Assembly: GCA_048886185.1 (NCBI GenBank)
Contig: JBHLKY010000022.1
Coordinates: 1 to 20,673, forward strand
Length of the DNA: 20,673 nt
From: Candidatus Hermodarchaeota archaeon
GTDB lineage: Archaea > Asgardarchaeota > Heimdallarchaeia > Hodarchaeales > Hodarchaeaceae
Reading direction: 5' to 3'
Positions 1 through 7,850 of the stretch are shown in pieces. Below the pieces are notes generated by a model that did not search any database, was not told the origin of the DNA, and was given only the letters and a program-made list of their open reading frames with translations. Each line of letters begins with the position of its first letter. Positions within the stretch are counted from its first letter, which is position 1. Both the position numbers and the translations under genes were made by a program.

Positions 1-242
1 AGAATGTCAATGGAGTTGGTTTTATTCTTAATCTTTGAAAGAGCATTTTGAATGTTATTTTCTTTAGTTACATCAACTTGATATAAGTATAAATTGCTTT
101 GAAATTTATTTTTCAGTTGTTTTAGATCCTTACTCATTGTCCTATATAGAGCGTAAACCGTATTTCCACTTTCGAGGAATAATTTAACAAGTGCAAGACC
201 TAGACCCCGGTTTGTTCCTGTAATCAAAATATCATTTTTCAT
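1..242 (-). CDS. SDR-family NAD(P)-dependent oxidoreductase, N-terminal part (runs off window start)
   Basis: Not in the ORF track. My translation from ATG at 242 gives MKNDILITGTNRGLGLALVKLFLESGNTVYALYR...LYQVDVTKENNIQNALSKIKNKTNSIDI, open to base 1. It has the TGxxxGxG Rossmann motif and the DVT motif typical of classical SDRs. Confidence 0.9.
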   Translation of the reverse strand, partial: MKNDILITGTNRGLGLALVKLFLESGNTVYALYRTMSKDLKQLKNKFQSNLYLYQVDVTKENNIQNALSKIKNKTNSIDI

Positions 243-302
243 CTCTTAGCGCCTTTAAATGTTGATTGACATTAACATGCGGGTTTATTTTTTATGAAGC
301 AT

Positions 303-2732
303 CTAATTTATGAATTCTAAAGCGTGTTCAACGGCCCAAATACTTTGTGGCCGCATATACATGCTTGCACGATAATTACCAGTTATATCCCATGCTTCAG
401 GGGTACGGAACCAGTATCCTTTGTTGTAAGTGCTATTGGTATTATACACAACATTATAGATTCCCCAAGCAGTGTTCCAGGCTTCTTCTATCATTCCTTG
501 GTAAATCATCAATGCCGCAAGGGCATATGTGGTTCCCGTCCACACTTCTTGCGATTGTTCACTAGTTTTATCAATGTCACCATTAGGTCGCATGCCATTT
601 ACAGCTCCCATTTGCCCATTAGCAAACTGAAGTACATTAAAGTTATAGATTTTTTCTAACGCTGACAAGATATAACTTTCTGGTATAATGGGAGCCAGAT
701 TTGTAGCATCGCAATACCATTGCCCACTTAATTGATCCGCCATAATACTGTCAGAATGAGGTCCCTCACTTGAATCGTAATTAAAGTACTCTCCATTCCA
801 TAATTTGATCTTGTATGAAGCTTTACCTTTCTCTAACCAATTTGCATAAATGCTTGCGTTACCTGTATCACCTATCAAGATTCCCATTTCAATGGCTGCT
901 TCTAAAGCTGCCAACCACAATCCAGCACAGTAAGCACTTTCACCTGACATTTTCCATTCATCATAAGTCTGATCTGGGACTCCTTCGTTTTCAGGTAGAT
1001 GATCACCATCTGTATCATAATTGTGTAAATAATCCAAAGCCATCACAACTGATGACCATCCATCCTCCACTATAGTAGTATTATTAGTAAAGAAATAGTC
1101 ACGATAAAGCTGTAAGACAAATTTTGAGTTCATATCCTTCCACATATTGGAATCACGCCATCTATAAGTATTTACAACAAACCAGGGGTCTTCATATCCG
1201 ATATCGTGAGGACAACTTCCTGGCACTTTACGGGGACCTGATTCACCTGTAGCCCAAATTGTCGTAATAGTTGGGTCATTTATCGGTACAGCAGCAATGA
1301 AATCACTAATCGTTTGTATTTGTAATTCTGGCCATAGCTGGATTAATGAAAAAGAGGCATAATAAAGAACATCAAAAGTATTATAACATTTATAATCAAA
1401 ACATTCGAGATAACCAAATTTTCCAATGCCTTCTTCAAGAGGACCCTCATTAACAAGGCCATTCCCCCAAAAAGTTCCACCATCAACCAAATAGTATAAT
1501 TCGTTGAACAACGCAGTTTTATACCAATCAGGACGGTTTTTATCATCTAGAATTGGCTGTTGCCAAGCATCAATGGCATCTTCCCATTTGGTGTAATTAA
1601 CCAAAGCCTCAGAAGCAATACTCCAAGAATTTCTACCAGTTGTCCCAAAAAAACGAGTATAACGTTTATACCATTGCCTACTCCAATCAAATTCAGTAAT
1701 GGGAAAATCCCATGAAAGAACAAATGGTACTGTTTGTGTTTCCCCAGGTTCTAATTCTAGAGTGACTGATAAAGCTGCTCCGATCTCTTCTAGTATATCA
1801 GCATAGTTTGTATTATTGATGTTATCTAGAATACCATCTGCTGCGAAATCTTGCCAAACATCAGAGGCTCCTCCACTAATAGAAAAACGTGAACGATAAC
1901 TTACAATCCAGTTAGGATCATTTTGAGTAAGAATGGCAAATGACCCATCCCATTCTTCCTCTACTTCATCTTTTTCACGAGTAAGAATAACACCCGTCAT
2001 ATTTTTATCATCAGCAATGTAGGCGTAGTTATACTTATCCATAACCAGATTTTCTGTAGCTCCTATTACACCTATAAGGTTCTGCCATGTAAACATCAAA
2101 CCTAATGTTAATGACTCATTTGTTGGATTTTCAACAATCCATTCAAATATTCCAACTGGATAACTACTTTCTTTGTAATTTTTTGGGATGATGGGAGAAA
2201 ATTGCTTTTGTATTAAATTCACAGGTAACTCTTTCCAATTGTAAGCATACCATGCTTTAGGAAAGAGCCCATAATATGTCCCAGCACCAACAGGCATATC
2301 CCAATTCCATTCTAGCTTCGCGTCTGATGCACTTAAGGGGCTAAGAACATGTGCATTGGATTCACCATTGTGGAAAACATAAATAGAAAACTGATTTGCA
2401 TAAACTGTTTCAAATTTATGGTGCCCAATGTCCAAGTGCCAACGTGCAAAGTCTCCGCGATAAGTACGACCAATACTGCCCGCGCCCATTCCACCCAAAG
2501 GAACTCCCCCCCATTCATTGTCATCAATTATCCAGTAACTAGTTTTCGGTTTCCCAACATGTCCATGAGGAACCCCAATACCTCGTGACCAAGCTACTTT
2601 AGGTATGCTACTTGGAGTGGGTAATATATCCTCAGGAGGACTAGGCTGATATAAACTTAGAAAGATTACTCCTATAGCACTTATTATAAATAATACTATA
2701 AAAATGCCAGCAATTATTATATTCCTTTTCAT
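303..2732 (-). CDS. GH116 beta-glucosidase (GBA2 / non-lysosomal glucosylceramidase family), N-terminally membrane-anchored
   Basis: 809 aa with GVPLGGMGAGSIGR N-terminal signature, FGYLECFDY (nucleophile Glu region), PDQTYDEW (acid/base Asp region) and TPEAW/YMRP C-terminal motifs. It begins with a hydrophobic helix (IIIAGIFIVLFIISAIGVIFLSL) followed by a Pro-rich linker. Confidence 0.92.
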   Translation of the reverse strand: MKRNIIIAGIFIVLFIISAIGVIFLSLYQPSPPEDILPTPSSIPKVAWSRGIGVPHGHVGKPKTSYWIIDDNEWGGVPLGGMGAGSIGRTYRGDFARWHLDIGHHKFETVYANQFSIYVFHNGESNAHVLSPLSASDAKLEWNWDMPVGAGTYYGLFPKAWYAYNWKELPVNLIQKQFSPIIPKNYKESSYPVGIFEWIVENPTNESLTLGLMFTWQNLIGVIGATENLVMDKYNYAYIADDKNMTGVILTREKDEVEEEWDGSFAILTQNDPNWIVSYRSRFSISGGASDVWQDFAADGILDNINNTNYADILEEIGAALSVTLELEPGETQTVPFVLSWDFPITEFDWSRQWYKRYTRFFGTTGRNSWSIASEALVNYTKWEDAIDAWQQPILDDKNRPDWYKTALFNELYYLVDGGTFWGNGLVNEGPLEEGIGKFGYLECFDYKCYNTFDVLYYASFSLIQLWPELQIQTISDFIAAVPINDPTITTIWATGESGPRKVPGSCPHDIGYEDPWFVVNTYRWRDSNMWKDMNSKFVLQLYRDYFFTNNTTIVEDGWSSVVMALDYLHNYDTDGDHLPENEGVPDQTYDEWKMSGESAYCAGLWLAALEAAIEMGILIGDTGNASIYANWLEKGKASYKIKLWNGEYFNYDSSEGPHSDSIMADQLSGQWYCDATNLAPIIPESYILSALEKIYNFNVLQFANGQMGAVNGMRPNGDIDKTSEQSQEVWTGTTYALAALMIYQGMIEEAWNTAWGIYNVVYNTNSTYNKGYWFRTPEAWDITGNYRASMYMRPQSIWAVEHALEFIN

Positions 2733-2752
2733 TTACTGATCTTCCTTCAAAT

Positions 2753-5197
2753 TTAGATTATTGTTGCTTTAACAGTTACTTTTGATTTCGTTACAGATGA
2801 GAAGGGAATGATACTTCCTTTAATTGATTGTCCATCTACCTCAAGAATGGTTTTATTTCCTTCACCAGTTCTTTCAACATGAATATTGTAAATCACTCCA
2901 CGGAAGACACGTTTTACTTTAAAACCTGACCAATTCTTTGGAATGACTGGTGTAATTTGTAATCCAGTGTAAGTAGGTCGGATACCAAGAATCCAATTTG
3001 TTATAGCTATATAATTCCAAGCAGCTGTACCTGTTAACCAAGAATTTTTGGCTTCACCGAAAGTTGGAGCATCTCGTCCAGCAATCATCTGAGCATATAC
3101 ATATGGTTCACAACGATGTATTTCGCTAATGATTTCACGAGCAGAAGGATTGGTACGCATATAATAATCATATGCTTTATCACCATGTCCGATCATTGTT
3201 TCTGAGATTATGATCCAAGGATTTGTATGACAAAAAATACTAGCATTCTCTTTATATCCAGGAGGATATGAAGAAATCTCACCTAGATGTAAATAATATT
3301 GTGAGTATGCAGGCTGATGAAGCATAATTCCATGCTCAGTAGCTAAAAAGCTCTCTACAGAAGTTAGGGCTTTCTCTGCACGACCATCTTCCAGACCCAT
3401 CCCAGCAAGGATACAAAAACCCTGCGATTCGATGAAGATTCGTCCCTCTTTACATATATGGGATCCTACTTTATCCCCATAATCATCATAGGCGCGAAGA
3501 AACCACTCACCATCCCAACCATATTTAGAAACAGCTACTTTCATTTTTTCATTCCAAATAAGGCATTCTTTTACATCCTCCTCTAAATTACACTCTTGAA
3601 GGATTTTGATGTATTCCTTAACAGCTAGTATGAATAAGGCTGCAATAAAAATTGATTCTGCTACTTTGCCATCTTTGTTTGTAGTGGTCTGAAATGACTG
3701 ACCAGGTTCTTCAGAAAAGCAGTTCAAGTTTAAGCAATCATTCCAATCTGCACGGCCTATGAGTGGTAATTCATGTGGGCCCAATCTCTCTTGTATATAA
3801 TGGAGACTGCGCTTCAGGTGGTTCAATAGCTTTTCTTCTGTCCCAGATTGATTCTCATAAACTACAAGTTCATTAAGAATGTTAAAATCACCTGTTTCTT
3901 TTAAATATGCAGCTACACCTAAAATTAACCATAGAGGGTCATCATTAAAATCACTTCCAATATCATCATTACCTCGCTTAGTAAAAGGTTGATACTGATG
4001 AAAAGCACCGCCTGTTTTCAATTGCGTGGCAGCTAGATCCAAAATTCGTTCTCGTGCTCTTTCAGGAACCATATGTACAAATCCTAATAGATCTTGATTA
4101 GAGTCACGAAATCCTAATCCTCGACTAATTCCAGACTCGAAAAAGGAAGTCGAGCGTGACAAATTAAATGTGACCATGCACTGATAAGCATTCCAAATAT
4201 TAACCATCCTATCAACATGAATGTCTGGAGTATTGACTTGAAATTTATTTAATAAATGATCCCAATATGACTTTAGAGTGTTGAAGGCACCAACAACGTT
4301 TTCTTCAATCGAATATTTGGTGATAATTTTCCTTACTGTTCTTTTGTTGATTGTTTGCGATTCAGGAGGATTGAACTTCTGGTCACGAGGATTCTCGTGA
4401 TAACCAAGGATATAAAAGATTTGTTTTCTATCACCGGGATTCATTGTTAGTGTTATATGGTGTGAACCTATCGGTGCCCAACCATGAGCAGTGGAGTTAC
4501 ATGATTGACCAGTCTCGACCACCATTGGCTTCTCCCAACTCCGATATAAGCCCAAGAATTCATCACGTTGAGTATCATGTCCTTCTAGGGGTTCTGAACA
4601 GGCAAAGTAAGCAAAATGATCGCGTCGTTCGCGATATTCAGTTTTATGATAGATTACACCGCCTTCAATCTCTACTTCGCCTGTATTAAAATTTCTTTGA
4701 AAATTGGTGAAATCATCTTGTGCATCCCATAAACAAAATTCTATACAAGAAAAAATTGATAAGTTCACTTTATTATCATTCTGGTTTTCTATTATAATAT
4801 GCCAGATTTCTAGATTCTCACCTAGCGGAACAAAATACAGGATCTCTGATTTAATACCCCTATAAGCAGAACTAATTATGGTATACCCCAATCCGTGACG
4901 ACAACGATAATTTTTTAATTCAGTACGAGTGGGTTGCCAAGAAGGAGACCAGAATTCTTTGGTATTGTTATCTCGTAAATAGATATATCGGCCACCAAAA
5001 TCTAAAGGAACATTGTTATAGCGATATCGAGTAATACGTCGCATTTTTGCATCTTGGTAAAATGAATATCCTCCAGCAGTATTGGAGATAATACCAAAAT
5101 ATTTTTCACAGCCTAAGTAATTTATCCAAGGTAATGGAGTATCAGGTTGAGTGATGACATATTCCTTTCGATCATCGTCAAAATATCCGTAACGCAT
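2753..5197 (-). CDS. cbpA: Cellobiose phosphorylase (GH94)
   Basis: 814 aa starting MRYGYFDD..EYVIT.PDTP.PWINY, with GFRDSNQD, FNDDPLWL, GRADWNDCLNLNCFS (catalytic Asp), GYKENA, EPYVYAQM and NSWLTGTAAW. It is co-linear with Thermotoga/Clostridium cellobiose phosphorylases as recalled. No signal peptide. Confidence 0.93.
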   Translation of the reverse strand: MRYGYFDDDRKEYVITQPDTPLPWINYLGCEKYFGIISNTAGGYSFYQDAKMRRITRYRYNNVPLDFGGRYIYLRDNNTKEFWSPSWQPTRTELKNYRCRHGLGYTIISSAYRGIKSEILYFVPLGENLEIWHIIIENQNDNKVNLSIFSCIEFCLWDAQDDFTNFQRNFNTGEVEIEGGVIYHKTEYRERRDHFAYFACSEPLEGHDTQRDEFLGLYRSWEKPMVVETGQSCNSTAHGWAPIGSHHITLTMNPGDRKQIFYILGYHENPRDQKFNPPESQTINKRTVRKIITKYSIEENVVGAFNTLKSYWDHLLNKFQVNTPDIHVDRMVNIWNAYQCMVTFNLSRSTSFFESGISRGLGFRDSNQDLLGFVHMVPERARERILDLAATQLKTGGAFHQYQPFTKRGNDDIGSDFNDDPLWLILGVAAYLKETGDFNILNELVVYENQSGTEEKLLNHLKRSLHYIQERLGPHELPLIGRADWNDCLNLNCFSEEPGQSFQTTTNKDGKVAESIFIAALFILAVKEYIKILQECNLEEDVKECLIWNEKMKVAVSKYGWDGEWFLRAYDDYGDKVGSHICKEGRIFIESQGFCILAGMGLEDGRAEKALTSVESFLATEHGIMLHQPAYSQYYLHLGEISSYPPGYKENASIFCHTNPWIIISETMIGHGDKAYDYYMRTNPSAREIISEIHRCEPYVYAQMIAGRDAPTFGEAKNSWLTGTAAWNYIAITNWILGIRPTYTGLQITPVIPKNWSGFKVKRVFRGVIYNIHVERTGEGNKTILEVDGQSIKGSIIPFSSVTKSKVTVKATII

Positions 5198-5397
5198 TCT
5201 TCTTCCTCAATTTCTCGAATGAAAATATTCATTCTGCTTATTTGAATGGAGTTTATTTGAGTTTCAATTAACGAAATAGTATCTTATAATATCCAAAAAA
5301 GTATTTTTTATTATTCTGAACTTCCAAAAAGATTCCCCCCTTTTTATTTTAAATGATGTAAGATAGTATTAGTAAAAGAGTATAAAGTGGTATTTAC
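5198..5397. promoter_or_regulatory. Divergent promoter region between cbpA-GH116 (-) and GH3 (+), containing an 18-bp palindrome at 5217-5234
   Basis: A 200-bp, very AT-rich gap between head-to-head genes. GAATGAA-AATA-TTCATTC has perfect 7-bp arms and lies about 20 nt upstream of the cbpA ATG. Confidence 0.6.
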
Positions 5398-7575
5398 ATG
5401 ATCGAACCCTATAAAGATCCTTCACTCCCTTCTCATGAAAGAACTAAAGATTTAATGAGTCGAATGACTCTAGAAGAGAAAATAGGCCAGATGTGTCAAC
5501 TTGACCTTAGTCATGACCCCACTATTTGGATATATGAGAGAAACATTGGCTCATATCTCAATGCAAAATGGGAGGATACACAACGCCTCCAAAAGATGGC
5601 TTTAGAGACCCGGCTTAAAATCCCTTTAATCTTCGGAATCGACGCAGTTCATGGGCATTGTTTCCATGATGGAGCTACAGTATTCCCTTCACAATTAGCA
5701 ATGTCGTGTAGTTGGAATCCCAATCTATTAGAAGAAGTAGCACGAATCACAGCTCTTGAAATGATCCACACGGGTTTCCACTGGACTTTTTCTCCTATTC
5801 TCTGTATTGGTAGAGACCCTCGTTGGGGTCGTGTTAATGAAACTTTTGGAGAAGATCCGTTCCTTGTTGGTGTGTTGGCATCAGCAATGGTTAGGGGTTA
5901 TCAGGGCAACAGCTTATCTGATCCAGAAAGTGTTCTCGCTTGTCCAAAACACTTTGTAGCTTATGGTGAAACTATTGGAGGGAGAGACTCTACAGAAGCT
6001 GAGGTCTCAAAGAGAAAACTAAAAAGTATCTTTTTACCACCATTTAAGGCAGTAGTAGATACAGGATGTGGTTCCATCATGGCAGGTTATCATTCAATAG
6101 ATGGTACACCCTGTTCTGCTAATTCATGGTTGTTAAAAGAAGTTTTAAAGAAGGAATGGGGATTTAAAGGTTTTATTCTAACAGATTGGGCAAATGTAAC
6201 TTGGTTACATGAATTGCAACGTGTTGCCCCTTCATTATTAGATGCAGCTGAAATCGCCCTTTCATCTGGGAATGATATGATTATGTCTACTCCTGAATTC
6301 TATAATATTATTATTAAAAGGATAAAGGAAGGACATATTTATGAAAAACTTATTGATGAAGCCTGTTCACGAATTTTGGAGGTAAAATTCCGTCTAGGCC
6401 TCTTTGAACAGAAGGGTTTACTTAAAACAGATCCAAATGGCGGAATAATCGGGTGTTTGGCTCATAAGAAGAAGGCTTTGGAAGCAGCACTTAAATCATT
6501 AGTTTTGTTAAAGAATGATAATAATCTTCTACCTTTGAGGGAAAATATTGGCAAAATTGCAGTATTAGGCCCAAATGCGGATAATTCGATAGCCCAGCTT
6601 GGTGATTGGTCTTTTGGTAAAGTTCTTAATTGGCCCCCAAGAGATAGTGATGTTGTAAATGGTCACAAAGACAACATAATGACTGTTTTGGATGGTATTA
6701 AAAAGCGAGTGAAAGATCAGAGTTCTTTATTATATGTCAAAGGCTGTGATGTGCTAAATCTAGATGATAAGGACATTCAAAAAGCTGTTCATGCAGCAAG
6801 GGAAGCGAATGTGGCAATAGCAGTCGTGGGGGATAATCTTAGTTTAAATGGAGAACATAAAGATCGTGCCTCTCTTGATCTGACTGGAGCACAACAAGAA
6901 CTTCTAGAGTCTGTTAAAGCAACAGGAACTCCTTTGATCGTGGTTCTTATAAACGGAAAGCCATTAACAATACCGTGGATAGCAGAAAATGCAGATGCTA
7001 TTCTTGAAGCTTGGAATCCAGGAAATGAGGGTGGGAATGCGGTTGCGAATGTGCTTTTTGGAGATTTTAATCCTTGTGGGAAATTAACAATATCCTTTCC
7101 CCGACATATCGGGCAATTACCAATCTATTATAATCAATTGCCTGGTTGGCACGGAGGAAAGTATATTGACATGGATGCTGATCCGCTATTTGCATTTGGC
7201 TTTGGATTGTCTTATACAAATTTTCAATATAGTAATCTTAATTTTTCTAAGACTGAATTAAAAGAACATGAAAGATTAGTTGTTTTTGTAGATGTTAAAA
7301 ATACAGGGCATCGTGAAGGGACAGAAATCGTACAGCTTTATGTTAATGACAAATACAGCTCTATTACTACACCAATTAAGGAATTAAAGGGATTTAAACA
7401 TGTAACACTTCAACCAGGCGAAAAAAAAGAGGTAAATATAACGTTGCTTATATCAAAACTAGCATTAATCAATTCCGAGGGTGTAGAATGTGTGGAACCA
7501 GGGGAATTTGAAATTATGGTTGGTTCATCTTCAAGAGAAAAAGATCTTTTAAAAAAGAGTATTTTTGTTAATTAG
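5398..7575 (+). CDS. GH3 beta-glucosidase (BglX-like), cytoplasmic
   Basis: 725 aa with RLKIPLIFGIDAVHG, WGRVNETFGEDP, KHFVAYG, ILTDW (nucleophile Asp), SLVLLKN and LYAFGFGLSYT-like motifs, plus a C-terminal FnIII-like domain (VQLYVND..KELKGFK). No signal peptide. Confidence 0.93.
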   Translation: MIEPYKDPSLPSHERTKDLMSRMTLEEKIGQMCQLDLSHDPTIWIYERNIGSYLNAKWEDTQRLQKMALETRLKIPLIFGIDAVHGHCFHDGATVFPSQLAMSCSWNPNLLEEVARITALEMIHTGFHWTFSPILCIGRDPRWGRVNETFGEDPFLVGVLASAMVRGYQGNSLSDPESVLACPKHFVAYGETIGGRDSTEAEVSKRKLKSIFLPPFKAVVDTGCGSIMAGYHSIDGTPCSANSWLLKEVLKKEWGFKGFILTDWANVTWLHELQRVAPSLLDAAEIALSSGNDMIMSTPEFYNIIIKRIKEGHIYEKLIDEACSRILEVKFRLGLFEQKGLLKTDPNGGIIGCLAHKKKALEAALKSLVLLKNDNNLLPLRENIGKIAVLGPNADNSIAQLGDWSFGKVLNWPPRDSDVVNGHKDNIMTVLDGIKKRVKDQSSLLYVKGCDVLNLDDKDIQKAVHAAREANVAIAVVGDNLSLNGEHKDRASLDLTGAQQELLESVKATGTPLIVVLINGKPLTIPWIAENADAILEAWNPGNEGGNAVANVLFGDFNPCGKLTISFPRHIGQLPIYYNQLPGWHGGKYIDMDADPLFAFGFGLSYTNFQYSNLNFSKTELKEHERLVVFVDVKNTGHREGTEIVQLYVNDKYSSITTPIKELKGFKHVTLQPGEKKEVNITLLISKLALINSEGVECVEPGEFEIMVGSSSREKDLLKKSIFVN

Positions 7576-7714
7576 ACAGAATTGCACTTTTATTTCAATC
7601 ATTACCAAATAAAAGATATTATTAGTCCACAGATTGTACTTCATATTAAATTAGTTTATCAAAAGTTTCGTAAGAAGAAATGAAATGTATTCCGTCTTTT
7701 TTTAAAAAAAAATG

Positions 7715-7742
7715 TTTGACATAACATCACATGTATGTCTAA
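7715..7742. promoter_or_regulatory. Imperfect inverted repeat upstream of the ABC binding-protein gene (candidate operator)
   Basis: TTTGACATA-N10-TATGTCTAA has 9-bp arms with one mismatch, about 110 nt upstream of ATG 7851. Confidence 0.3.
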
Positions 7743-7810
7743 TATGGGTTCAGCCAACGATATCCTTTTAATTACTTTAATCTCGTCATTGTAGCTTGTA
7801 TTTTTAAGCG

Positions 7811-7830
7811 AAAAATTTCCTTTAAAAATA
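7811..7830 (+). promoter_or_regulatory. Candidate archaeal BRE/TATA for the binding-protein gene
   Basis: An A-rich stretch followed by TTTAAAAA at 7821-7828, 30 nt upstream of ATG 7851, the spacing expected for a near-leaderless archaeal transcript. The AT-rich background makes chance matches likely. Confidence 0.35.
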
Positions 7831-7850
7831 TAATAAATGATGGATGAAAT

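Noticed and set aside
324-4689. Short ORFs 324-659, 347-565, 815-1075, 1343-1546, 2333-2527, 2349-2588 and 4444-4689
   Set aside because: All lie within GH116 or cbpA on the opposite strand or in another frame, and have no motifs. They are shadow ORFs.
7696-7712. T7A9 homopolymer palindrome
   Set aside because: Low complexity in an AT-rich intergenic region. It may contribute to GH3 termination but is not distinctive.
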